From: Chthoniobacteraceae bacterium
GTDB lineage: Bacteria; Verrucomicrobiota; Verrucomicrobiia; Chthoniobacterales; Chthoniobacteraceae
Reading direction: 5' to 3'
Assembly (NCBI GenBank): GCA_031409655.1
Contig: JANNXQ010000028.1
Location: forward strand, 1-21,654
Length of the DNA: 21,654 bases
The notes below the pieces were generated by a model, which was not told the DNA's origin, made no database searches, and saw only the letters and a list, made by a program, of their open reading frames with translations. A program made the translations under genes and the position numbers. Below, in pieces: positions 7,847-16,265 of this stretch. Within the stretch, counting starts at the first letter, position 1, and the number at the start of each line of letters is the position of its first letter.

Positions 7847-9982
7847 ATGATCCATAATGTCACCGCCCACGTCGGGCCCAATCCCATCACCATCGAAACC
7901 GGCAAGCTCGCGAATCTCGCGGACGGCGCCGTCACCGTCCGCAGCGGCGAGACCATCATGTTCGTCTCCGCCGTCTCCGCAACCAGCATCAAGGAAGGCC
8001 AGGACTGGTTCCCGCTTTCCGTCGAATATCGCGAAAAAGCCGCCGCGGTCGGCAAGTTCCCCGGCGGCTACTTCAAGCGCGAAGGCCGGCCCACCGAAAA
8101 GGAAGTCCTCACCTGCCGCATGACGGATCGCCCGCTGCGTCCGCTCTTCCCGAAAGGCTACCTCTACGACACCCAGATCATCGGCGTCCTGCTCAGCGCG
8201 GATGGCGAGCATGATCCCGACATTCTGATGATGAACGGCGCGAGCGCCGCCCTCATGGTCAGCGATATTCCCTTTGCCGGCCCCGTGGCCGCCGTCCGCG
8301 TCGGACGCGTGAATGGCCAGTTCGTCGTGAATCCCGGCCATAGCCAGCGCGAGTCGAGCGATCTCGACCTCGTCTATGTCGGAACGAAGGACGACGTCAT
8401 CATGATCGAAGGCGCTGCCGACGAGTTGCCTGAGGAAGATTTCGTGAACGCGTTGAAATTCGCGCATGCGGAAGCCAGCAAGCTCATCGCCGCGCAGATC
8501 GAACTCGCCGCGAAAGCCGGCAAGGTGAAGCGCGAAGTCCCGCTCTTTACGGTGCGCGAAGAACTCATGGAAGTCGCCTATTCTGTCGCTGGTGATCGCA
8601 TCGAGGGAGCCATCTACAACCCGACCAAGGTCGCCCGCTCCAAAGCGATCGGCGCGCTCAAGGAAGAAGTCACCGCCGCGATCGTGGCGAAGTTCCCCGA
8701 AGCCTCGAAGTTCGAAGTCAGCCAGGCCTTTGACTATCTCCAGAAGAAGGCCTTCCGCATCAGCATCCTCGACAAGCAAGTGCGCGCCGACGGTCGCGGA
8801 CCCGATGCCATCCGCCCGCTGAGCGCCGAAGTCGGCATGCTCCCGCGTTCACATGGCAGCGCCATCTTCAATCGCGGCGAAACGCAAGCCGTGGCGCTCG
8901 CCACCCTCGCTCCCGCCGAGGAAGCTCAGGATCTCGACGGCTACACTGGCGGCGAGACTACCAAACGCTTCATCCTGCACTACAACTTCCCGCCTTTCTC
9001 CGTCGGCGAGACCGGCCGCACCGGCGGCATGAACCGCCGCGAGATCGGCCACGGCGCGCTCGCCGAGCGCTCCATCGAGCCCGTCATCCCGAGCGTCACC
9101 GATTTCCCCTACGCCATCCGCGTGAGCAGCGAAGTCATGTCGTCGAATGGCTCCACCTCCATGGCCAGCGTCTGCTCCGGCATCCTCGCCCTCATGGACG
9201 CAGGCGTGCCGATCAAGAAGCCCGTCGCCGGCATCAGTTGCGGCCTCGTCACCGAGTACGACGGCGCCACGCTGAAGCGCTACACGATGCTCAACGACAT
9301 CATCGGCAGCGAAGATCACTTCGGCGACATGGACTTCAAACTCTGCGGCACCGACGCCGGCGTCACCGGCTTCCAGCTTGACCTCAAACTCCCCGGCATC
9401 TCGCTGCGCATGATGGAGGAAGCCGTCTATCGCACGCGCGACGCCCGCATGATCGTGCTCGCCGCGATGGCCGAGGCCATCAACGCCCCGCGCACCGAAC
9501 TCAGCAAATACGCCCCGCGCATCGAGACCATCAAGATCAACCCCGAGAAGATCGGCATGCTCATCGGGCCCGGCGGCAAGAACATCAAAGGCATCGTTGC
9601 CGAGACCGGTTGCGAAATTAACGTCGACGACGACGGCATGGTCCGCATCTACTCGAACAACCCCGAAGGCATGGCCCGCGCCAAGCAGATCATCGACGGC
9701 ATGTTCGCCGAGATGGAAGTCGGCGCGATCTACCAGGGCAAAGTCGTGACGATCAAAGAATTCGGCGCCTTCGTCGAAGTCCTGCCCGGCAAGGACGGCC
9801 TCGTCCACATCAGCGAGCTCGCGGACTTCCGAGTAAATCGCACCGAAGACGTCGTCAAGATGGGCGAACTCATCTGGGTGAAAGTCGTCGGCGTAGATGA
9901 AAAGGGCCGCGTGAAGCTCAGCCGCAGAGCCGCAATGAAAGAGCGCGGCGAAGCCATGGCCCCCGCGCCGGCTCAAACGTAA
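7847..9982 (+). CDS. pnp: Polyribonucleotide nucleotidyltransferase (PNPase)
   Basis: [51 protein letters not shown] and [10 protein letters not shown] motifs, then KH (IGPGGKNIK) and S1 ([20 protein letters not shown]) domains. Confidence 0.98.
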   Translation: MIHNVTAHVGPNPITIETGKLANLADGAVTVRSGETIMFVSAVSATSIKEGQDWFPLSVEYREKAAAVGKFPGGYFKREGRPTEKEVLTCRMTDRPLRPLFPKGYLYDTQIIGVLLSADGEHDPDILMMNGASAALMVSDIPFAGPVAAVRVGRVNGQFVVNPGHSQRESSDLDLVYVGTKDDVIMIEGAADELPEEDFVNALKFAHAEASKLIAAQIELAAKAGKVKREVPLFTVREELMEVAYSVAGDRIEGAIYNPTKVARSKAIGALKEEVTAAIVAKFPEASKFEVSQAFDYLQKKAFRISILDKQVRADGRGPDAIRPLSAEVGMLPRSHGSAIFNRGETQAVALATLAPAEEAQDLDGYTGGETTKRFILHYNFPPFSVGETGRTGGMNRREIGHGALAERSIEPVIPSVTDFPYAIRVSSEVMSSNGSTSMASVCSGILALMDAGVPIKKPVAGISCGLVTEYDGATLKRYTMLNDIIGSEDHFGDMDFKLCGTDAGVTGFQLDLKLPGISLRMMEEAVYRTRDARMIVLAAMAEAINAPRTELSKYAPRIETIKINPEKIGMLIGPGGKNIKGIVAETGCEINVDDDGMVRIYSNNPEGMARAKQIIDGMFAEMEVGAIYQGKVVTIKEFGAFVEVLPGKDGLVHISELADFRVNRTEDVVKMGELIWVKVVGVDEKGRVKLSRRAAMKERGEAMAPAPAQT

Positions 9983-10006
9983 GCGCGTCGCCAACCGAAA
10001 ATTCGC

Positions 10007-10042
10007 AAACCGCCGCCCAGCAATGGGCGGCGGTTTTGCTTT
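10007..10042 (+). terminator. Intrinsic terminator of rpsO-pnp
   Basis: 13-bp stem AAACCGCCGCCCA / TGGGCGGCGGTTT with a GCAA tetraloop, running into a T-rich tail, 24 bp after the pnp stop. Confidence 0.85.
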
Positions 10043-10253
10043 GCGCGAATATGGCGAGGTCATCTCCGGCTCAGGCGGAGGAAGGCCGCGAGGGCCGGGA
10101 GAGGTGCTGGGGAAGCAGACCGGGTAGCCGCTGTGAAATCGATCATCACCATGCCATCGTCAATCTCCACCATTCCCTTGCGCCGCCCGATTGCCTATCT
10201 ATCACCTCCCACAGCTTACTCGTATTTCCGAACGAGCCACTCCTCCTCATCCC

Positions 10254-11504
10254 GTGCTTACCCTCGAAAAATTCTCCATCGGTGTCGGCGACCGTTTCGC
10301 CCACCAAGCCAAAGCCCAGCTCCGCGCCTGCCAGCTCCTCGCCCGCGATGGCGCGGAGGTCGTGCCGGTCTGGAATAAGTCGAACCGCGAACATACCTTC
10401 GTGGGCTCGGAGCCAGAATCGGTGCTCGTCGCCGCGCGCGACGCGGTGCAGGCGCTCGGCTGGAAAGGCGGCTGGCACGTGGATGCCGATCACATCCGGC
10501 TCGAAACCGTGGATCGCTTTCTCCCGCACTCCGATTTTTTCACCCTCGATGTCGCGGATTCCATCGGCCAGCCAGCGGCTCCCGCGGACGTGCAGGCTTT
10601 CGTGGATCGGCATCCCGAACTCCTCGGAATGATCTCGATCCCGCAGATCGCGACACCCTTCACCACCACCCGCGCTGAGATCGAGCGCATCGCCGGGAAG
10701 TTCCTTCTGGCCGTGCAGGATGCAGGGAAGATCTACCGCCACATCGCGGAGAAGAAGGGCGCGGACCACTTGATCGCCGAGGTCTCGATGGATGAAACGG
10801 ACACGCCGCAGACACCGCCGGAGCTGCTGGTGATCCTCGCCGCGCTCGCCGACGAAAAAGTGCCCGTACAGACCATCGCGCCGAAGTTCACCGGTCGCTT
10901 CAACAAGGGCGTCGATTACGTCGGTGACCTCGCGCAGTTCGAACGGGAATTTCACGACGATCTCGCGGTCATCGCCCACGCCATTGCCCGCTACGGACTC
11001 CCGGCGAATCTCAAGCTCAGCGTCCACAGCGGGAGCGACAAATTTTCCCTCTACCCGATCATCCGGCGCACGCTACCGAAATTCGGCGCGGGTCTGCATC
11101 TGAAGACGGCGGGCACGACGTGGCTCGAGGAACTCATCGGCCTCGCCGAAGCCGGAGGGGAAGGTCTCGCGCTCGCGCAGGAGATCTACGCCGGAGCGAT
11201 CGGTCATGTGGATGAATTCTGCGCGCCCTACGCCTCGGTGATCGACATCGACAAAGCGCAGCTCCCGACCGCGGACGAAGTCGCCGGCTGGACCAGCGAC
11301 CAATACACCGGCGCGCTCCGCCACGATCAAAAGAACCCGCGCTTCAACGCCAGCTTCCGGCAACTCCTCCATGTGTCCTTCAAACTTGCGGCCAAGAAAG
11401 GCCAGCGCTACCTCGACCTCCTCCTCGCCAACGAAGAGATCGTCGGGAAGAACGTGACGGAAAACCTCTACGTGCGGCACCTGAAGCCGCTCTTTATCGG
11501 ATAG
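10254..11504 (+). CDS. uxaE: Tagaturonate/fructuronate epimerase family protein (UxaE)
   Basis: FSIGVGDRF, HVDADH, EVSMDET, APKFTGRFNKGVDY, KLSVHSGSDKFS and HLKTAGTTWLEE motifs. GTG 10254 is preferred over the ORF-track start at 10191. Confidence 0.85.
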   Translation: MLTLEKFSIGVGDRFAHQAKAQLRACQLLARDGAEVVPVWNKSNREHTFVGSEPESVLVAARDAVQALGWKGGWHVDADHIRLETVDRFLPHSDFFTLDVADSIGQPAAPADVQAFVDRHPELLGMISIPQIATPFTTTRAEIERIAGKFLLAVQDAGKIYRHIAEKKGADHLIAEVSMDETDTPQTPPELLVILAALADEKVPVQTIAPKFTGRFNKGVDYVGDLAQFEREFHDDLAVIAHAIARYGLPANLKLSVHSGSDKFSLYPIIRRTLPKFGAGLHLKTAGTTWLEELIGLAEAGGEGLALAQEIYAGAIGHVDEFCAPYASVIDIDKAQLPTADEVAGWTSDQYTGALRHDQKNPRFNASFRQLLHVSFKLAAKKGQRYLDLLLANEEIVGKNVTENLYVRHLKPLFIG

Positions 11505-11506
11505 CG

Positions 11507-11550
11507 AATTTTGAAAACACAGAGATGCAGAGACGCGGAGGACGCAGAGA
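11507..11550 (+). repeat. Left inverted-repeat arm of the GxxExxY cassette (tandem ~8-9 nt CGCAGAGA-like units)
   Basis: AATTTTGAAAACACAGAGATGCAGAGACGCGGAGGACGCAGAGA, a near reverse complement of 11978-12019. Confidence 0.88.
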
Positions 11551-11556
11551 AGAGAC

Positions 11557-11976
11557 ATGCATGAGAATGAACTTTCGCGGTTGATCATCGGGGCCGCGAT
11601 CGAAGTGCATCGCGAAGCAGGACCGGGACTGATCGAAAAGCCTTACGAGGAAGCGATGTGCCATGAGTTGAATCTGCGTGGGTGGAAGTTCACTCGCCAG
11701 CGGGCAGTGCCGTTCGTTTATAAGGGAATCACGCTCTCCACAGACTTGCGCACGGACCTCATCGTCGCGGACAAGGTGATCGTGGACTTAAAAGCGAAAG
11801 ATCAAATCAGCGCCATCGACAAAATGAAGATGCTCACCTACCTGCGCTTTCACAATCTGCGGCTCGGACTGATCATCAACTTCCACGTCGAGTTGCTCAA
11901 AGATGGAGTTCATCGAGTCGTCAACAACCTCCTGCCTCCTCCCCCGCCCGAAACACCAGCAAACTTCCACGCCTGA
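11557..11976 (+). CDS. GxxExxY protein (PD-(D/E)XK nuclease-like)
   Basis: IIGAAIEVHREAGPGLIEKPYEEAM (GxxExxY), RTDLIVADKVIVDLKA (D...DxK) and YLR...GLIINF. 139 aa with a Pro-rich tail; visibly more A/T-rich than its neighbours. Confidence 0.93.
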   Translation: MHENELSRLIIGAAIEVHREAGPGLIEKPYEEAMCHELNLRGWKFTRQRAVPFVYKGITLSTDLRTDLIVADKVIVDLKAKDQISAIDKMKMLTYLRFHNLRLGLIINFHVELLKDGVHRVVNNLLPPPPPETPANFHA

Positions 11977-11977
11977 A

Positions 11978-12019
11978 TCTCTGCGCTCCTCTGCGCCTCT
12001 GCATCTCTGCGTTAAAATT
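11978..12019 (-). repeat. Right inverted-repeat arm of the GxxExxY cassette
   Basis: TCTCTGCGCTCCTCTGCGCCTCTGCATCTCTGCGTTAAAATT, starting 1 nt after the GxxExxY stop. Confidence 0.88.
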
Positions 12020-12036
12020 TTACCGATTGTACCGAA

Positions 12037-12891
12037 GTGAAATCCGCCATCACCGTCTCCCTCGTCCCGCAAGCCGCTGGCGGTCCATTCGTTTTTTGGA
12101 ACGGACTGGCTGACGCTTTTGAACAGGCGGCGGCGTTCGGTTTCGATGCGGTGGAGATTTTTCCGCCGGGCGCTGAGGCTCTCGACACGACCGCGATTCG
12201 GGCGCTGGCGGCGAAGCATCGCCTCGCGATCGCTGCGGTCGGCACAGGTGGCGGATGGGTGATCCATAAATTGACGCTCACCCATGCCGAACCATCGATC
12301 CGCGCGAACGCCCGGGAGTTCATCCGCGGCCTCATCGACAAAGCCGCGGCGCTCGATACGCCGGCGATCATCGGCTCGATGCAGGGACGATGGGAAGGTG
12401 GCGTGACCCGCGAACAGGCCCTCACCTGGCTGGGAGAAGCACTCGAGGATCTCGGCGCGCACGCGGCAAAGCTTGGGCAGCACTTGCTCTACGAGCCACT
12501 GAACCGCTACGAGACGAATCTCCTCCACCGCACGCCGGATGCCGCCGCCTGGCTGCGCACCCTCGACACGGACAATGTCCGCATCCTCTCCGACCTCTTT
12601 CACATGAACATTGAAGAGCCCGATATCGCGACCTCGCTCCGCGAAGCGGGCAGCCTTGTCGGCCACGTTCACTTTTCCGACTCAAACCGGCGGGCGATCG
12701 GGCTCGGGCATACGGACGTGGCGCCGATCATCGGGGCGCTGAGGGATATCGATTACACTGGCTACCTCTCGGCAGAGATCGTCCCGCTGCCGGATGCGGC
12801 CACGGCGGCACGGAAGACGATCGAGAGCTTCCAGCACTTCACGACGGGCGAACATCGAACCTCGAACGTCGAACATCGAACCTCGAAATGA
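12037..12891 (+). CDS. Sugar isomerase/epimerase, xylose-isomerase-like TIM barrel (D-tagatose 3-epimerase / IolO-like)
   Basis: GFDAVEI, IIGSMQG, YEPLNRYET, DLFHMNIEE, HVHFSDSNRR and YLSAE metal-binding motifs. GTG start; the last 13 aa are repeat-encoded. Confidence 0.88.
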   Translation: MKSAITVSLVPQAAGGPFVFWNGLADAFEQAAAFGFDAVEIFPPGAEALDTTAIRALAAKHRLAIAAVGTGGGWVIHKLTLTHAEPSIRANAREFIRGLIDKAAALDTPAIIGSMQGRWEGGVTREQALTWLGEALEDLGAHAAKLGQHLLYEPLNRYETNLLHRTPDAAAWLRTLDTDNVRILSDLFHMNIEEPDIATSLREAGSLVGHVHFSDSNRRAIGLGHTDVAPIIGALRDIDYTGYLSAEIVPLPDAATAARKTIESFQHFTTGEHRTSNVEHRTSK

Positions 12892-12952
12892 TTGGGCTGC
12901 CGCGCTGTTTCCTTGTTCGAGGTTCAGTGTTCGAAGTTCGATGTTCGATGTT
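12849..12952. repeat. Inverted heptamer tandem-repeat hairpin, (CGAACNT)n...(NGTTCGA)n
   Basis: Left 12849-12887: CGAACAT CGAACCT CGAACGT CGAACAT CGAACCT CGAA. Spacer 26 nt. Right 12914-12952: TGTTCGA GGTTCAG TGTTCGA AGTTCGA TGTTCGA TGTT. Confidence 0.9.
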
Positions 12953-12963
12953 TTCTCCACTCC

Positions 12964-13413
12964 ATGCTCAAGACCACCCAACTCCTCCACCCCGAGATCC
13001 TGCGCATCGTCGCTCGCGCCGGGCATCACTCCAAGATCCTGATCGCCGACGGCAACTATCCCGCCTCGACGAAACGGGGTCCCAACGCCGAACTCGTCTG
13101 CCTCAATCTTGCCCCCGGCGTCGTCACCGTCGCGCAAGTCTTGCGCGCGCTGCTCAGTGAAGTCCCCGTGGACCATCTGAATACCATGGGCATCCCGGCG
13201 GACGATCCGTATGCCAGTTTTGGCGAGCCGCCGGTGTGGGCGGAATTGCGCAGCATCACCCACGAAGCCGGCCTCAAAGTGATGGTCGAGCCGATCCCGA
13301 AATGGGACTTCTACAAGGCCGTGGAATCACCCGACCATGTGCTCACCATCCAAACTGCCGACCAGGCGCTGTGGGCGAATGTCCTCCTCACCATGGGCTG
13401 CCGCACCGCCTGA
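12964..13413 (+). CDS. RbsD/FucU family sugar mutarotase/pyranase
   Basis: MLK..LLHPEILRIVARAGHHSKILIADGNYP N-terminus, KWDFY and IQTADQALWANVLL. Start is ATG 12964; the ORF-track extension is repeat-derived. Confidence 0.88.
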   Translation: MLKTTQLLHPEILRIVARAGHHSKILIADGNYPASTKRGPNAELVCLNLAPGVVTVAQVLRALLSEVPVDHLNTMGIPADDPYASFGEPPVWAELRSITHEAGLKVMVEPIPKWDFYKAVESPDHVLTIQTADQALWANVLLTMGCRTA

Positions 13414-13418
13414 CGGCG

Positions 13419-13449
13419 GAAATCCGAAATCCGAAATCCGAAACTCGAA
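13419..13449 (+). repeat. Solo heptamer tandem array (GAAATCC)3 GAAACTC GAA
   Basis: Fills almost the whole gap between the mutarotase stop (13413) and the AKR ATG (13450). No inverted partner was seen. Confidence 0.85.
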
Positions 13450-14385
13450 ATGTTACCCACCCGCCGCCTCGGTCGCACCGATCTCCAACTTCCCATCCTC
13501 AGCTTCGGCGCTTCATCGCTCGGGCAGGAATTTCGCAGCGTCAAACTCGATGAAGCCCTCGGTAGCGTCCGCGCGGCGCTCGATGCAGGGCTCAACTTCA
13601 TCGACACCTCGCCCTTCTACGGACGCGGTATGAGCGAAGTCCTGCTCGGTATCGCGCTCCGCGGCATCCCGCGCGAGAGCTACATGCTTTGCACCAAAGT
13701 GGGGCGCTACGATCTGCAGCATTTTGACTTCAGCGCGAAGCGCATGGCGGAAAGCGTGGAAGTCTCGCTGCACCGCCTCGGCACTGAGTATCTCGACATC
13801 GTGCTCTGCCACGACATCGAGTTCGTGCCGCTCCAGCAAATCGTGGATGAGACGATTCCCGCGCTCCGCAAAATCCAGCAGCAGGGCAAGGTGCGCTACA
13901 TCGGCTTCAGCGGATATCCCATGAAGATCTTCCGCACGATCCTCGACCAGACCCATGTGGACTGCGTGCTGAGCTACAATCAATACACGCTGCAAAACAC
14001 GCGCTTCGCCGACGAGATCATCCCGTATCTGGAGTTGAAAGGCGTAGGCGTGATGAATGCCGGCCCCTTCAGCGCCCGCCTGCTCACCAATGCTCCCCTC
14101 CCCGCGTGGCTCAAGGAACCCGAGGAAGTGAAGGCCGCCGCACGCAAGGCCGCGGAACTCTGCGAAAAGGAGGGTTCGGACATCGCCAAGCTCGCGCTGC
14201 AATTCTGCATCGGGAATGCGGACATCACGACGACCATCGCCGGGAGCGCCAATCCCGAGAACGTGAAGAAGTGGGCCGAATGGGCCGCCGAACCGCTCGA
14301 CCGCAAACTGCTCGCGAAAGTGGAGAAGATCTTCGAGCCCGTGAAAAACATCGGCCACCCCGAAGGCCTGCCCGAAAACAACTAA
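13450..14385 (+). CDS. Aldo/keto reductase, L-galactose dehydrogenase-like
   Basis: RRLGRTDL..LSFGASSLG, GLNFIDTSPFYG, LCTKVGRY, SLHRLGTEYLDIVLCHDIEF and GKVRYIGFSGYP. Confidence 0.85.
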   Translation: MLPTRRLGRTDLQLPILSFGASSLGQEFRSVKLDEALGSVRAALDAGLNFIDTSPFYGRGMSEVLLGIALRGIPRESYMLCTKVGRYDLQHFDFSAKRMAESVEVSLHRLGTEYLDIVLCHDIEFVPLQQIVDETIPALRKIQQQGKVRYIGFSGYPMKIFRTILDQTHVDCVLSYNQYTLQNTRFADEIIPYLELKGVGVMNAGPFSARLLTNAPLPAWLKEPEEVKAAARKAAELCEKEGSDIAKLALQFCIGNADITTTIAGSANPENVKKWAEWAAEPLDRKLLAKVEKIFEPVKNIGHPEGLPENN

Positions 14386-14399
14386 CCGCGCGTCATTCC

Positions 14400-15428
14400 A
14401 TGAAGGCCATCTCGCTCAACGAGCCTCAGCAATTTAGCCGCATCGAAGTCTCCGAGCCCCCGGCCCCCGGCGCGGGCGAAGTGCTCGTGCGCGTCCATCG
14501 TATCGGCATCTGCGGCACCGACTACAGTGGCTATCTCGGGAAGATGCCGTTCTTCAGTTACCCGCGCATCCCGGGACATGAACTCGGCGTGGAAGTTCTC
14601 GCCGTCGGCGAAGGTGTCACCCAAGTGCGCGTCGGTGATCGCTGCGCCGTCGAGCCGTACATGAATTGCCAGCAGTGTTACCCATGCCGGCATGGCAATG
14701 GAAACTGCTGTGAATCCCTGAAAGTGATCGGCGTCATGACCGACGGAGGCATGCGCGAGCGGATCCTCTTACCCGCCCGCAAAGTGCATCCGGCAAACGC
14801 GCTCTCTCCCGATCAATGCGCGCTCGTCGAGACCCTGGCGATCGGCTGCCACGCGGTAAACCGCGGCGCACCCGTGCCCGGAGAAAATGTGCTCGTCATT
14901 GGCGCGGGCCCGATCGGGCTCAGTGTCATTGAGTTTGCGAAGCTCAGCGGCGCGCGGACCATCGTGATGGACTTGAACGAGCAGCGCCTCGAATTCGTGC
15001 GTAAGAAGATGGGGGTACCGGACACGATTTTTTCCAAAGGCGACGGCTCGGAACTCGAGACGCTGCAGGAAATGACCAGCGGCGATCTCGCGCAAGTGGT
15101 GATCGACGCGACGGGCAGCCACAAATCCATGTCGGGATGCTTCCAATTCGCCGGCTTCACTGGGCGCGTCGTTTACGTCGGCATCACGCAACAGGAGGTC
15201 TCCTTCCCGCACGCCCCACTCGTCCACCGCCGCGAACTCACCCTCCTGGCCAGCCGCAACGCGCATCCCGCGGACTTTACGCGGATCGTAAAATTGATCG
15301 AAGACGGCAAAATCGACACCCGCCCGTGGATCACCCACCGCGCGACTTTCGACGCGATGATCGACGTCTTCCCGGCCTGGCTGAAGCCGGAGAGCGGCGT
15401 GATCAAAGCAATCGTGAGTGTGGACTGA
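14400..15428 (+). CDS. Zinc-dependent sugar-acid dehydrogenase (L-galactonate 5-dehydrogenase YjjN/LgoD-like)
   Basis: GICGTD, YPRIPGHELG, structural Zn motif CQQCYPCRHGNGNCC, VIGAGPIG and RRELTLLASRNA. True start is ATG 14400. Confidence 0.88.
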   Translation: MKAISLNEPQQFSRIEVSEPPAPGAGEVLVRVHRIGICGTDYSGYLGKMPFFSYPRIPGHELGVEVLAVGEGVTQVRVGDRCAVEPYMNCQQCYPCRHGNGNCCESLKVIGVMTDGGMRERILLPARKVHPANALSPDQCALVETLAIGCHAVNRGAPVPGENVLVIGAGPIGLSVIEFAKLSGARTIVMDLNEQRLEFVRKKMGVPDTIFSKGDGSELETLQEMTSGDLAQVVIDATGSHKSMSGCFQFAGFTGRVVYVGITQQEVSFPHAPLVHRRELTLLASRNAHPADFTRIVKLIEDGKIDTRPWITHRATFDAMIDVFPAWLKPESGVIKAIVSVD

Positions 15429-16258
15429 TGCGTCTCGATTCGCATCAACACTTCTGGCGCTACGACGCGGCGCAGTACCCCTGGATTCCGCAGGGCTCGC
15501 CTTTGCACCGCGACTGGCTGCCTGCGGATCTTGCGCCGCTGCTCGCGACCGCGAAGCTCGATGGGTGCATCGCGGTCCAGGCGCGGCAGACGCTCGACGA
15601 GACGCGTTGGCTTTTGGGGCTGGCGGAATCTTCGGCGATCATCAGAGGTGTGGTCGGCTGGGTGGATTTGCGGAGCGAGCGCGTGGGGGAGCAACTCGCG
15701 GAGTTTGCGGGCAATGCGAAGTTCGTTGGCGTGCGCCACGTGGTGCAGGATGAGCCGGATGTGGACTTCATCCGTGGCGCGGACTTTCAACGCGGGATCG
15801 CACGGTTGCAGCCGCTAGGGCTGACCTACGACCTGCTCATATTCCCGAAACAACTTCCCGCAGCGATCGATCTCGTGAGCAAATTTCCGGAACAGCGTTT
15901 CGTGCTCGATCACATCGCCAAACCGGCGATCAAGAACGGCACGATGTCGCCGTGGCGGGAGCTGATCCGCGAACTGGCGCAGGCGCGGAATGTGACCTGC
16001 AAGGTGAGCGGCATGATCACTGAGGCCAGCCGCGCCGGGTGGGCGGCGGACGACTTCAAGCCGTATCTCGACACGGTTGCCGAGGCCTTCGGTTCGGGCC
16101 GGCTGATGTACGGCAGCGACTGGCCGGTGTGCCTGCTCGCGGGGAGTTACGAGCGGGTGTTTCAGCTGGTGGAGGAATACTTTGCGCCGCTTTCCGCGAT
16201 GGAACGTGCGGCAGTCTTCGGGGTGACGGCGGAGACGTTTTACTTCGGGGCTCGCTGA
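15428..16258 (+). CDS. Amidohydrolase-family sugar lactonase (L-fucono/L-galactono-1,5-lactonase-like)
   Basis: MRLDSHQHFW, IAVQA, GVVGWVDL, GVRHVVQDE, FVLDHIAKP, CKVSGMITEA and RLMYGSDWPV. TGATG overlap with the upstream gene. Confidence 0.88.
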   Translation: MRLDSHQHFWRYDAAQYPWIPQGSPLHRDWLPADLAPLLATAKLDGCIAVQARQTLDETRWLLGLAESSAIIRGVVGWVDLRSERVGEQLAEFAGNAKFVGVRHVVQDEPDVDFIRGADFQRGIARLQPLGLTYDLLIFPKQLPAAIDLVSKFPEQRFVLDHIAKPAIKNGTMSPWRELIRELAQARNVTCKVSGMITEASRAGWAADDFKPYLDTVAEAFGSGRLMYGSDWPVCLLAGSYERVFQLVEEYFAPLSAMERAAVFGVTAETFYFGAR

Positions 16259-16265
16259 ACCCAGC

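Noticed and set aside
10178..10205. TTGCGC-N16-TATCAC as the sugar operon promoter
   Set aside because: Plausible position but too weak a match to call without TSS data.
12849..13449. Heptamer arrays as a CRISPR array
   Set aside because: Units are 7 nt, contiguous and lack unique spacers; no cas genes are present.
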